In this document: one piece after another, positions 43,839 to 60,689 of the stretch
Numbering within the stretch: position 1 is the stretch's first letter
How the letters are laid out: the number at the start of each line of letters is the position of its first letter
Source: Eledone cirrhosa
Lineage: Eukaryota
DNA: 64,000 nt
Assembly (NCBI GenBank): GCA_964016885.1
Contig: OZ024740.1
Coordinates: forward strand, 297,786,001 to 297,850,000
Direction of reading: 5' to 3'
The notes under the pieces: generated by a model
Told to the model about the DNA's origin: nothing
The model's input: only the letters and a program-made list of their open reading frames with translations
Databases searched by the model: none
Translations under genes and position numbers: made by a program

Positions 43839-44026
43839 AGGGCGGTGGATTGGCAGTATTGGTAGAGGGTCGGACGCCATGCTTTGACGTATAGAGTTAC
43901 GGCCCTTGCCTTTCTGAGTTCAAATCCCGCCAAGGTTAACTTTGCCTTTCATCCTTACGGGGTCGATAAAATAAAGTACCAGTAATGCACTGGGTAATTG
44001 CTGGCCTTGTGCCTAACGTAGAAACA
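43839..44026 (+). mobile_element. SINE family 1, full length
   Basis: A-box tggcagtattgg, B-box gagttcaaatcc; 14-bp TSD gttattatataata. Confidence 0.93.
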
Positions 44027-44135
44027 GTTATTATATAATATTGACTGTGGTGACAGCCCCATCTGACATGCGCATTTTCTAGTCTTCCTCTATATCTTTC
44101 TTACTTACATTCTTTTACACTCTCTTTCTCTCTCT

Positions 44136-44174
<39 letters not shown>

Positions 44175-44241
44175 GCCCCTCATTTCTCTCCCCCACTCAC
44201 TCACTCTTTTATTATACTGTCTTTGCTCCTGTCATCCTATA

Positions 44242-44290
<49 letters not shown>

Positions 44291-44292
<2 letters not shown>

Positions 44293-44760
44293 CTTAGTCT
44301 TAGATTCTTCCGCGCTGTTCGGCGCATCGAGCAGTAAGTACTCGCCAACAGTCACACGATCAGCGGCAACTCTTTCGAGACCGTGCCAGGTGATGTCCTT
44401 CTGGAACGTTCGTCGCCAGGTGATCCTTGGGCAACCCCGCCTCCGTTTACCGCCAGGTGGAGTCCAGTTCATCGCTGTTTTCGAATGCCGTTCATTTGGT
44501 AGACGCAGAATATGGCCAGCCAGACGGCACCGACGCTCCGTGACCACTCTCTTTAGCGTCCACGACTCGGCTCTCCGCAGGATCTCCTCGTTTCGCACTC
44601 GGTCGCGCACACTTCTTCATGCATTAGCACCAAGACCAAGCTCCGCCTGTACAAGAGCATCGTGCTGCCGACAGTGCTTTATGCGAGCGAGACCTGGAAG
44701 AGTACGGCAAAAATAGAGAGACGGCTGAACGCTTTCCACCAGAGGTGCCTGCGAAAGATA
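44291..44760 (-). mobile_element. RTE-clade LINE insertion with inverted 5' segment
   Basis: Minus 44293-44608: RDRVRNEEILRR..LAGHILRLP..GKRRRGCPRITW plus (ctaaga)2 tail. Plus 44612-44760: ISTKTKLRLYKSIVLPTVLYASETW..LNAFHQRCLRKI. Confidence 0.88.
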
Positions 44761-44965
44761 TATATATATGTGTGTGTGTGCGGTCCTACCTCCCTTGTAA
44801 AGGTAACAGCTCTACTCTTTCGTGATACCCTTAAAGCCTGGAACTTTTCAGCATCCCCACCCACCCCCCGTGTAAATATATATGGGGGTGGGTAGCAATA
44901 TCCGTAGATGTGAAAAGGAAAAGAGTACTCAATCGGGAAGAGGGCAGAAATATTGTATTATTTAT

Positions 44966-45148
44966 GGTGGATTGGCAGTATCGGTAGAAGGTCGGACGCC
45001 ATACTTTGACGCATAGAGTTACGGCCCTTGCCATTCTGAGTTCAAATCCCGCCGAGGTTAACTTTGCCTTTCATCCTTACGGGGTCGATAACATAAAGTA
45101 CCAGTAATACACTGGGTAATTGCTGGCCTTGTGCCAAAAGTAGAAACA
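44966..45148 (+). mobile_element. SINE family 1
   Basis: Full body; attatttat on both sides. Confidence 0.92.
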
Positions 45149-45341
45149 ATTATTTATATATATTCATACACGGAACAAAAGTGCTACCTAAGGTTTCAAA
45201 GTCTGAATTTGAGCATACCTCCAGAAAACAAGAGGCATCAAAATAGTCACCTTTCTTCAGGCGCTAGTTAGCGCCTTGAAATTTGTGCCTTGAAACCTCG
45301 GATAGGGCCTTTGTTGCGTGTATGAACATAGATAAAAACAT

Positions 45342-45413
<72 letters not shown>

Positions 45414-45902
45414 TTTATATATATATATATATGCAAAAGTTCTATTTAAATTGTTGGGATACAACAAGCAAATATTTTTTATAACTGATATAAAGACTAT
45501 CCCGATGTCTTCCAAAAGTAACGGTTGCATTTTGTAAGGGTATGTCAATATTTATTTATAAAACTGGTATATATTGTATTTTGTCTGATGAAAGCATACC
45601 ATAATTTAACATGGTATCCTTGAAATATGTATAATAAAATAGATATGGTTTTATAAATATAGTTTCCATTTGTTAATATCGTATATATGTATATATATAG
45701 GTATATATAATTCTTTGTCTTTGTCTTTCCTATGCATTCTCAAACGTCTCAACCAAATCAATTCAAATTTTACAAGGTAGTATTAGTATATATATATATA
45801 TCGTTCTCTTTTCTAATCATATTCTCTCATTGTAGCTCTCTTTCTATCACTCTCTTTACTATTATCCTAATATCCCTCCCACTTCACCCTCTGCTTTTCT
45901 AT

Positions 45903-46092
45903 TCTCCCTCCTCCCCCCTGTCTCCCTCCTCCCCCATGTCTCCCTCCTCCCCCATGTCTCCCTCCTCCCACTCCTCCCCCATGTCTCCCTCCTCCCCCAT
46001 GTCTCCCTCCTCCCACTCCTCCCCCATGTCTCCCTCCTCCCACTCCTCCCCCATGTCTCCCTCCTCCCACATGTCTCCCTCCTCCCACTCCT
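45903..46092. repeat. C/T-rich minisatellite (tctccctcctcccccatg variants)
   Basis: Read directly. Confidence 0.9.
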
Positions 46093-46389
46093 GTAACTAT
46101 GCAATACATCCATCTAATAACTGTGACGTGTATTACTAAAATAACTTCACCATATCACCGCCACCGCCATCATACTGCCGTCACCATTCCCCAGACCCCT
46201 CCCCCACTTCCCTGCCCTGGCATCATCTTCGTGATCAATATACACGTGACTGTCAGTGTGTTTTCACACACACGTGTGTATGTGTGTGTGCGTGTGTGTG
46301 TGTGTGTGTGTGACTGTAGTAGACAGTTAACATAATCAGACAAAGAAATCGATATATATATATATATCGTCTGTGTGTACGTGTGCACG

Positions 46390-50385
<3,996 letters not shown>

Positions 50386-51277
50386 TTTTATAGCAGTCAG
50401 AAGGGTTGCAGTGACCATGACCTTTACAGGTTATCTAAACTAATAATTTTAATGTGATTTGAAGTACAACCTGAACATCTGCAGGTAAACAATATTAGTC
50501 CAAACGCTTACAATAGCTTAAAATTACTTTAAAGTCTGATAATACACAGGTGTTAAATCTTTTGTATGTCTCAGATCTTTCTCACAGGTATACACATGAA
50601 AGCTGCCACCTGCACTCGAGTATGATTTGGTGGTATATACCATATTTTCATAGGCGGCGGATTGGCGGAGTGGTTAGAACGTCGGATAGAATACTTTATG
50701 GTATTTGTTTCAGTTATCTGCTCTCTGAGTTAAAATCCCACGAAGGTCAACTTTGACTTTCATCCCTTTGAGGTCAATAAAAAATGTACCAGTGTAGTAC
50801 TGGGGTAGATTCTTCCTCCATATCTCTTTCTCTTTTTTCTCTCTCACTTACTATCTTTCTCTGGAAGAAATCTGCAGTAGTGAGACCTGGAGAGGGATGG
50901 ACTCCGCCAGGTTTAAAAAATGGCCCAAGAAACGCCATATGTCAATACAGCACCCTTACAAATCTATCAGTAGTTACGGGACCATACATACTATATTTTC
51001 GCTAAGGGTTTTTGGTAGTCAATCAGTCGTGAGCAGACACCGGTACCCTCACAACCCTTTCTCACTTGATCCTGCAGAAGATCCAAGATGTGACAGCTGG
51101 AAGGAGAGAAGGCTGGGACTGCTCCACTACTAGATTGATATATATTTTTTATCAACCTTGAACTGATGACAGGCAAAGTGGACCTTGGCTAGATTGAATT
51201 CACAACACAGAGGCTGGAATAAATATCCAATGCTCTAATGGTTCTGCACATTCAACTGCCTTATATACATACATACA

Positions 51278-51311
<34 letters not shown>

Positions 51312-51313
51312 CA

Positions 51314-51908
51314 TGGTGGCTGCCAACTCGTTTTCGAGTACGGCCACTACTTTATATCCATGTAGGAGAACCCCTACCGATGCGCTGAACGAGTGTGACT
51401 TTTTAGTCCAGCCAGCGACTTGAAAACTCTGGTACAAACACTACACCTGTGACAATTATTGACACATAGTGCTGGGCCCATGGTACCATGTGACGACAAG
51501 TGCAGAGAGATCTCCAGATATAAAGCAATGCCTGTGCCGTGAAGCTTTTATAGTGAGCAAAGGCACTGCACAAAGCCAGTCCCACTCTCTTAACCAAGAT
51601 GATATTTACCAAAAAGAAGAACAAGTTAACATCATTGGATACCATCAGAGTTGCAGGTGTTATATCAGAGTTTTCCTTCTCCTAGAATTCTGCCCTGACA
51701 AAGGCTAAGGGGTCATCTCTCCCGGTGATTTTGGATGGCCATTGACTCTTAAGAGCTCCTTTGCCCTTTGACAGGTTTTGTTTTTAGTCCTGCAGGATGT
51801 CCAAAGTCACCCTCCTCACCAAGAAACCTTGGTGGGGTTGCCAGTTTAGTCGCCAACGACCCGACCATGAGACAGGTTGTACTGGGATACATGTTACCAG
51901 TAGCACCA
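51314..51908 (-). mobile_element. Non-autonomous RTE-derived retroelement, copy 3 (longer 5' end)
   Basis: Reverse complement of copies 1 and 2 plus ~35 extra 5' bases; (TACA)n on both sides. Confidence 0.85.
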
Positions 51909-51984
51909 TACATACATACATGCATGCATGCATGCATGCTTGCATGCATGCTGGCTAACTTGATTTCGATTAATGAAATCACTT

Positions 51985-52353
51985 GATGCACAGAGCCAAT
52001 CCCACTCTCTGAACATCAAATGCAATTACCTAAAAAGAAGAACTAGTCTACATCATTGGCTGCAAATGAAGTCGTAGGTTTTATATCAAAGTGACCTTCT
52101 CCTAGAGAGATATCTTAATGATGACTAGGCGTCTCTTGCTCCACACTCAAAAATAAAAAAAGCTTTATTCGATGGCTGTTGACTCTCCTGAGTTCCTGTG
52201 CCATTTGACGGGTTCATTTTTCTTCCTGCAGGGTGTTCAAAATCACCGTCCTCACCAAGCTTGGTGGGGTTGCCGGTTTAGTCACCAATGACCTGACCAT
52301 GCACAGGTTGTACTGAGTTATATGTTACCAGTAGCACTGAAGAGCGACCTGAC
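51985..52353 (-). mobile_element. Older diverged relative of the same element (5' portion), copy 4
   Basis: Shares cccactctct, ccttctcctag, tcaccgtcctcaccaag, ttggtggggttgcc, caggttgtactg and tgttaccagtagcac. Confidence 0.75.
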
Positions 52354-53844
52354 ACATACATACATACACACATACATACCTACATACATACATAAATTTA
52401 TAGATACATACATACTTACATTCACAATGGTGACCATTGTGGACAGTCCAATACTCAGACGTGTGCAATTACTGCTTATATGAAGGCACAATACCATATA
52501 TTGGAAAAGTTGAACTACAGGATATTAGATTACATATGAATATTTCTACATAAATGTTTAAACAATACATATATATTGTAACATATCTATATAAACATTA
52601 CATGCATTTTAACATCAACTATAATGATAGCGAATGTGTGTATATTTCTTTATTTATATATTTTTCCGTCACTCACTGAAAGGGATATGACTGAGGAAGG
52701 AAGGGGTGGTGACAAACTATAGAAAACAGTGACCAGCATTCTAAGATTCGCTACACTTGTGTGTGTATATGTAGCTATTTGTGTTTGTATCACTTATGTG
52801 AGTGTATGTTTGTGAATATATGTGTGTGAAAATAATTATACTTGTGTGAGTGTAAGTGTGTTTGTGAGTTTATATTTATATACTCATACATATAAATGTA
52901 TACATATGCACACCAAGATATTATCTTGGTTATCTATGTTAGTTGCAGATCATTTATCCACAATAAACATTTGTAATAAAAGAATTATTAAACTAAAAAC
53001 TTGGTTTTGTACCCTTTTAATATATAAAATACTACAATTAGTCGTCATTTTTGATGGGCGGGGCCAGCTTATATTTATGTAAACACAGTGTTGCAATGTT
53101 ACACACATAAGTAGTAAGAAACTCTCAAGAGAGCTGGACAGCAGATGATCCTTAGAGAAGAAACACCACTCAAGCAACAGCTTCGGCTCTTGTTTCAAAA
53201 CAATTCACCAAAATAAATAAAAAATCCTTGATATAAATGTTTAAATACAATTGTAGGATTTAAAACAATCTGAAAGGAAAGATTGCCCAAGTTGTGAATA
53301 ACTTTAAATTTAATTCTGAAAAAACTTTGTTGAAACTTTTAAAAAGTATCATCGACTATTTTGAAAAATAAATACAAATATCAGTAAATAGATAAAATCA
53401 TCATGGCTAAATGTATGTGTTTCCTTTGACCAAACCATGGCTACAATCATTGTATATAATGGAGCTACAATCTTAAAGATTTATATACAGTATATAAATC
53501 TTGAAGTTCAGTTTTATACAAAGGCTAAAATATTTGTGGAACTCCAAACCCCCAGAATTAAACTTTTTCCAAAAACATTTCAAAAAACAAGCAAAACATA
53601 CCATAAAATATAAATTGATACATTTAACAAAACTATCTGATTCATAGAAGTCTGGCACAACAAAGCCAAACATTGGAGATAATCATACCACTTCCACTGA
53701 TGGACAGACAGAATGGTCAGCTAAGTCTAGCAGTAAACAACACACCAACAATTTAGCTGAAATCTATACCTCTACTGCATGAACACCAAAACCTTGTGAA
53801 CACCTTACAAGTAATCTGGGATATGTTTCAACAGGTCCATATGC

Positions 53845-54308
53845 ACTGCTAAGATACTGGACATAAACCCTGCTAATAAGATACTGGACATAAACATTGA
53901 TAAGATACTGGACATAAACATTGATAAGATACTGGACATAAACATTGATAAGATACTGGACATAAACATTGATAAGATACTGGACATAAACATTGATAAG
54001 ATACTGGACATAGACACTGTTAAGATACTGGACATAAACATTGATAAGATACTGGACATAAACATTGATAAGATACTGGACATAAACATTGATAAGATAC
54101 TGGACATAGACACTGTTAAGATACTGGACATAAACATTGATAAGATACTGGACATAAACACTGCTAATATACTGGACATAAACACTGCTAAGATGCTGGA
54201 CATAAACACTGTTATACTGGACATAAACACTGCTATACTGGACATAAACACTGCTATACTAGACATAACACTGCTATAATATTGGACATAAACACTGCTA
54301 ATATACTA
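53845..54308. repeat. 24-bp minisatellite aagatactggacataaacattgat, with 21-bp variants at the right end
   Basis: Read directly; about 19-20 units. Confidence 0.95.
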
Positions 54309-54848
54309 GATTCCCAATGGTGTGTTGTGTCCTTGATTAAGACATTTTATTTCACATTGCTTCAGTCCAGTCAGTTAACAAAAAATCATTCTACAAGCCA
54401 TTCATTCTACAAGCACACTCCATCATACTGAATCTCCCTGAGAATTGTGGTAAGGGTACATGTGTTTGTGGAATACTTAGCCACTTGCATGTTATTTTCA
54501 TGAGCAGGCTGCTCCATTGATCAAACAACTGGAACTCTCATTGTTGGGACTGACAGAGTTCTAACAACTGCCAATAAAACACATGCCTTGATTGTTTTTC
54601 ACTTCAGAGTTATTATCAATTAGATAATTAGCTATTTAATTAATCATTTAATTAATTTATTTATTAGTTGTTAAAGTTCTTTCATCACCACCTGTGATCT
54701 TATTGATAATGTTATGACTCTGATGTGTGGTATCTTCACTGTGGTATATTTTAAGGAAATTTTAGAATGATATAAATCTTTGAGGCAGATGATATCACCC
54801 AGTGTTTGATATTCTCAGAGTCTGAGAAACATTTTATGAGTGTTTTAA

Positions 54849-55249
54849 CCCTTTAGTATTTAAACTGGCCATATCCAGCCAGAATTCTCTCACCTATTTC
54901 TATTCAAACTGAGCATAACCGGCTACTCATACTTGTTAAGGTATTGTTCTCAAAATAAATAATATCAAAATCTCATTGATTCAATATTATGTGAGATAAA
55001 GTGTTTACTGTGAAAATACAATAGTAAGTATAGAGCAGTGGTACCCAACTTTTCCAAATTTTTTTCTCAGAGGTCCCCTTACCATTTTTTTAATGCCTCG
55101 TGGTCTGCTATCATATTATGGCAGCATTTCCAAAATTTTTCAAAGACAAACTTTTATGAAATGCAATTTAACTATGATTTAATTTAAGTAGTATCAAAAT
55201 GCCCCAAACTGCTATCAAACTGGTATAGAGTAATGTAAATGCTAAAGGA
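54849..55249 (+). mobile_element. piggyBac-like MITE (TTAA TSD) in repeat family A
   Basis: ttaa|ccctttagtattta ... taaatgctaaagga|ttaa; sibling at 61850-62067. Confidence 0.85.
55036..55222. mobile_element. hAT (Charlie-like) insertion nested in the piggyBac MITE
   Basis: CAG...CTG ends; perfect 8-bp TSD gtatagag (55028-55035, 55223-55230); absent from the sibling copy. Confidence 0.85.
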
Positions 55250-55589
55250 TTAAGTCTTTTAAACATCATTTACCATATGTGCATGTAGTTTTTGTCATAA
55301 AATATAAACTTAGTGTAGAAAAATCAGCTTTAGAACTTTACAAAATTAGATTTAGAACTGCACTAGCAAGCGTCAACTGCTCGCTAAAATAACCACTGCT
55401 CGTCACCATCACTTATTTCAACTCTATTCATTTTGCTGGACTTCATTTCCCTTGGTCTGCTATTTGTATTTAATACAGTCAGTAGGCACCTCTTAACCAA
55501 ATATACACCCCAACCCACTACCCCTACTCCATCCTCCCACTCCCACCAACACCACCCTTTCTCTGTAAAGTTATGTTGTTACCACAGAA

Positions 55590-55868
55590 CATCCAGTCCA
55601 AACTAAAGAGATTGTGTAGGTGTCACGACAAAAAGCACCCAGTCCACGCTGTAAAGTGATCATGTAGGAGACAGGGTAAAAAGGCTCCCAGTCCACACTG
55701 TAAATGTGGTTGGTATTAGGAAGGGCATCCAGCCGTAGAAAACCTGCCAGATACAGTCCTATACAAGCAAGACACGGTCACCTGATCAATCTTACCTCAA
55801 GTGGGACAATTCCCGTCTAACCCATGCTATCGTGGAAGATGAACATTAAACGATGATGATGATGATGG
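55590..55868 (+). mobile_element. SINE 3' part with ggaagggcatccagc..gtagaaa and (GAT)n tail, family 4
   Basis: Related pieces at ~56400-56795, 61645-61770 and 62470-62720(-). Confidence 0.65.
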
Positions 55869-56121
55869 TGAATTGGCAGAGTAATTAAGGCATTAGATTC
55901 AAAACACTTCTCTATTTGTTCTGGATCACTGCGCTCTGAGTTTGAATCCTGTCGAGGTCAATTTTGCCGTCCATCCTGTCGAGGTCAATAAATAACAAAC
56001 CAGTCCATTACTAAGATCACTTCGCTCTCTCTCTCTCTGTATATATATATATATATAGTGGCAGAACACTGGTGGGTTATATCTGCAGTAGTAGAGCACT
56101 CAGTCCATGGGACGAGTTTGG

Positions 56122-56263
56122 TAGAAGTAGTTCCATAACTGTTAGTTAACCATTTCCGAGGACAATTTGTTTCACCTAAACGGATCATCAGCTCGGTTGA
56201 TCCGTTAAGGTGAAGCAAATTGTCCTCGGAAATGGTTAACTAACTGTTGTAGAACTACTTCTA
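56122..56263. repeat. 142-bp near-perfect foldback (palindromic MITE-like)
   Basis: ~66-bp arms tagaagtagttc..aacggatca / tgatccgtt..gaactacttcta, 10-nt loop, TA at both ends. Confidence 0.9.
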
Positions 56264-57060
56264 TGTATATATGCACGGTGCATTTCAGAAGTTTTGAAGC
56301 TTTTTTAGGAGAGGCATTTTTAACTGTCCTAGATTATTGTAATTTTAGTATATCATTTATATATCTATATATATATATATATATATATATATTCTATTAT
56401 CAATGCCCCTGCCCAGCTTGGTCAAGGACACAATGATTTCCCTAGTGTTGTTATGAGGTAGTTCTGGTGCCATGATGAAATGCACCCAGCCCACTCTACA
56501 AAGAAGTAGTGGTAGTGCTGGTGCCATGATAAAAAGCACTCATTCCACACAGTAAGGTAGTGCTGGTGTCACAACAAAAAATACCTAGTTCATCCTGTAA
56601 GGTGTTAGTGCTGTAGAAATTATAAAATGCTCCCAATACACGCTATAAAATAATTAGCAATATGAAAAGAATCCAGCTATAGAAACCAAGCAAAAAATGG
56701 TGTGCACAAGGAATAGGTGGTTAGCTGACCAGTCTAATCTCAGTACGTGACAACCTGTGTAAACCATGCAAGCATGGAAAATAGATGTTAAACTATAGTG
56801 TAGTTTAATTTCTTTTTCTATTAAGGCCAAGCTAGAGTCCTTTTATTCTCCTGTGCATTCACATGGTCATTAGACAGGACAAGTTTCCAATAATTGAAGA
56901 GCTGGTATACAAAGAGAGAATTCAACAGTAAGAAGAAGGGGTGGGAGTAGAAAAAAGGAGAAGAAAGCAGCAAAGATAAAAAACAATGGGAAATAATGGA
57001 AAATAGAAAAAAGAAATAGGAGAAATGAAATAACGAAAGTAAGGGAAAGTGGGGGAGGAA

Positions 57061-57240
57061 CAGCAGACTCCACACCCCAAGTCTAGGTGGTATATCTCAG
57101 CGGTGATAGGGAATGGCAGACTCTACACCCCAGTCTAGGTGGTACATCTCAGCAGTGATAGGGATTAGCAGATTCTATATGGTACATCTCAGCTGTGAGC
57201 AGCAGACTCTGTACCCCTGTCTAGGTAGTATATCTCAGCT
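57061..57240. repeat. Degenerate ~52-bp tandem repeat (gcagactc.acacccc.gtctaggtggta.atctcagc)
   Basis: 3-4 copies seen. Confidence 0.75.
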
Positions 57241-57244
57241 GCAT

Positions 57245-57545
57245 CTTGCAGACAATATGACAAAGGCAATGCCACAGAAAATGGCCAGCAACACCTGCTG
57301 CTTCAGCCACTACTCCTCGTAAGGCTCTTTTTTTCAGGCTAGATGCAAGTCTCTCAATTTTGCAGAGGGAAATGGCAGTTTGGAGACTGAGGACACCAGA
57401 AGTCTTGATGGCAACTGACATGAAAAGGAAGCAGTTGGTCAAGTCCTTGTATTTAGCTATTTTCATCTCCTCTTTGTTACGGGTGGTAGTGCTCAGGTTT
57501 GTGGCCGAAACAACATGGCTGGATGTGGAGAATGTCACAGCATAG
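57245..57545 (-). mobile_element. CRE-like RLE-domain remnant
   Basis: TFSTSSH..KEEMKIAKYKDLTNCFLFMSVAIKTSGVLS, then after a frameshift EPYEE*WLKQQVLLAIFCGIAFVIL. Confidence 0.6.
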
Positions 57546-58599
57546 AATAAGTATCAAATTATGTAAGAATTTTATATGTAAATGTTTGGCAGTCTATCTA
57601 AAGGAGATATTTATCTGTTTTTTCCTTTAAAAAAAAAACTTTTAAAATCCAACTCTCAACCCCTTAAAAGCTTTAAAATTCATATCTAATCCCCTTAATT
57701 AAAAACTGAGTTTAAATCAGATGCAGGTATTTCAGTGTTTTTCTGTGTAGAACTTCTACATTGCCTTAATTCACCTACCTCTGTTGAGATGGAAGCTGAT
57801 TATGTGCGAATGTGACCCAAGAAAAATATATCCACTGGATATGAAGGCTGGTCTTTTTACCTGTCACCTACTAGCCCCTACAATAACAAAAGTATTTTTG
57901 TCTAGTAGGGGAATCAATGTTGGATCTTGGCTGGAATAGTTATCTGTCTTCTCTTTCTTTTATTAGTTAGGTGGCAAATTAGCAGTCATTACAGCATTGG
58001 ATGATTGTGTGTGTGTATCAACAGCATTGTTTCACACCATGGTCGAATTGTATAATTTTAAATCTAATTTTGTGCAGTAAGTTTACATTTTGTATCAAAT
58101 ACTACACATGTTTACATGGTAAATAATGGTTAAAATACTTAAAACACTCATAAAATGTTAGAAATGGCCATATTATTTCTCAGGCTCAGAGAATATCAAA
58201 CACTGTGTCTTAACAGCTGCTGCCAAGATTTATTCAGTTCTAAAACATACTTAAAATAAACCCTGCTTCACTTTCAAGACTTTCTGACTCCTCTCCCATG
58301 TAATATCACACATCAAACCCATGCATCATACCATCTTTGTTATCAACAGAGACAACAATTTTCAAAACTGAGTCAATAAGTCAATGAAATAGCTTTTATG
58401 ATTTCATTCAACGTTCTAGAAATAGCTGCCCAATTTCTCTCAAAAAAACATCTTAATGTGTGCCATGATAACCTATGGACCCTTAGAACTTGCTTTAGGT
58501 TTTGGAAAAAATATTGTTGTTATTTGCAACTCACACTGATTCCGCTCCCAGAACTTCTTGTTGTTGTATGATATATGCACAATGGTGAGAGAGAGAGAG

Positions 58600-58770
58600 A
58601 TATTGGTGAGCCTGACTAAGGCATCATTTATAGTATTATGGATTGCTTCCAGGCTGCCGAGAGAACGTTTGAGGGGGCAATCCTGAACAACACATAGTTC
58701 TGTCTGGTCAGGGTCCCCACAGTCACATGCGAGAATGTCTTTCATTTTCCATCAACAAAATCTCCTTATG
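58600..58770 (-). mobile_element. Non-LTR ORF2 C-terminal zinc-knuckle remnant
   Basis: ACDCGDPDQTELCVVQDCPLKRSLGSLEAIH resembles C.CG...QT..H....CP. Confidence 0.5.
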
Positions 58771-59388
58771 GTTTAAATACACAGCAAGTCTCCAATTTCT
58801 GAATGGCTAAATGTCAGCAGAAGGGCACCCAGGAGTCATAACCTGGATGCAGCCCGGCCCCCATAGAGTGTAAGAAGTTAAGGGCCAAAAAAATCGCTTA
58901 AGTGAGGTTTCTTCTCTGAAAACCTTTTGCTGTTAACTCTCCTGAGAGTTTCTCACCACTTTCTTACCACCATTGATAGAGATGACAGGCTGTCCTGGCA
59001 TGGGAATATACCCAGGATAACGTCAAGGAAATTTGCTCTGAGAACTGTCTGGCCTTTGTATAACAGAGCATAGTGCTATGAGAATTTCTCAGTGTAGTAA
59101 GATATATTTTGTTTTGACAGACAGTTGCAACGTGTTATATAAATAATCCTTTTGCAGCATGTGGGTGCAACAAGTTGAAGAAGATACCAAACAGATCAAC
59201 TAATGCACAGAAATAAAACTGCCTTCATCTGACACAGATTAGATGGATTAAGTTGGCAGATTACAGATAAACAATAATACAAAAATATTAAAAAGATACA
59301 TAAAAAAATAAAAGAGCTCAGCTTGATAAAAATACAAAGAAAAAAATAATAATCAGAATCAAAAGCATTAATAACGAGGACAACAACA

Positions 59389-59955
59389 ATGATGTTGATG
59401 ATGATGATGATGACGGTGTTGATGTTGATGATGATAATAGTGTTGATGATAATGTTGATAATGATGATGGTATTGATGATGATGATGATGGTGTTGATGT
59501 TGATTATGATGATGATGATGATGATGGTGGTGTTGATGATAATGTTGATAATGATGATGGTGGTGTTGATGTTGATGATGATGATGATGGTGTTGATGAT
59601 GGTGTTGGTGTTGATGATGGTGTTGGTGATGGTGTTGATGATGATGATGATGATGATGGTGTTGATGTTGATGATGATGGTGTTCATGTTGATGATGATG
59701 ATGATAATGATCATGATGATGATGATAATGATCATGATGATGATGGTGGTGGTGGTGTTGGTGATAATGTTGATAATGATGATGGTATTGATGATGATGG
59801 TGGTGTTGTTGATGATGGTGGGGATGATGATGATGATGGTGTTGGTGTTGGTGTTGATGTTCATGATGATAGAATGATGATGACCATGGTGATAGATAGC
59901 AGTGATATTGCTAATGATGATAGTGACGGTGGTGGTGGTGGTGGTGGTGGTGATG
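59389..59955. repeat. (GAT/GGT/GTT)n trinucleotide tract
   Basis: Read directly. Confidence 0.93.
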
Positions 59956-60044
59956 ACAATTGTTTAACTCAGCTCAGAGTGTGAAGGTCATCTGAAACTG
60001 AGGTCAATTATCACAGGGAAGTTGTATCAGTTGCATTATCATGG

Positions 60045-60365
60045 ATGTGTGTGTGTGTGCGTGTACCTTTGTATGTGTGTGTGTGTACCTTTGTATGTGT
60101 GTACCTGTGTATGTGTGTGTGTATCTTTGTGTGTGTGTGTGTGTGTGTATACCTTTGTGTGTGTACCTTTGTATGTGTGTGTGTGTGTACATTTGTATGT
60201 GTGTGTGCGCACCTTTGTATGTGTGGGGGGGGGGAGTGCATGAGTATGCATAGGGGTGTGTGTGTGTGCTTTTGTATGTGTGTGGGGAATGCCTGAGTAT
60301 GCATAGGGGTGGCAGTATATATGTGTGTGTGTGTGTGTGTGCATTTGTATGTGTGTGTGTTTGTG
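60045..60365. repeat. (TG)n-based minisatellite with acctttgta interruptions
   Basis: Read directly. Confidence 0.9.
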
Positions 60366-60689
60366 CCTGATTGCCATAATCATCCAGAACCTCGGTATTG
60401 GTTTTATATTTGTCTTTCTCCTGCAAGCATAGGAGGAACATTTCTGTAAAATAACACATAATGCCAATATATATATTTGAACAGTTGTTTACTTATGGTA
60501 TGTCATTGAATGTGACAACAACCATCTGCTTCATTTATGGATCTCTTGATCACTATACGTGCCAAGCTGTCATGTAAATCTTCTCTCGTAGTCGGAAGAT
60601 GTAAATAATTCGTTGGATAAGCCAGGAGTAGCTCTGAATTCTCGTGCTCATCATTTTCTCACTTCTGGTAATGCTAAGAACGTTTCTCC

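Noticed and set aside
45181-45265. Minus-strand CTGAAGA..long hairpin..GAAAC hammerhead-like pattern
   Set aside because: Stems I and III do not pair and a competing hairpin (aggcgcta/tagcgcct) overlaps the core.
59196-59877. Poly-I/N and poly-M ORFs
   Set aside because: (GAT)n-type microsatellite.
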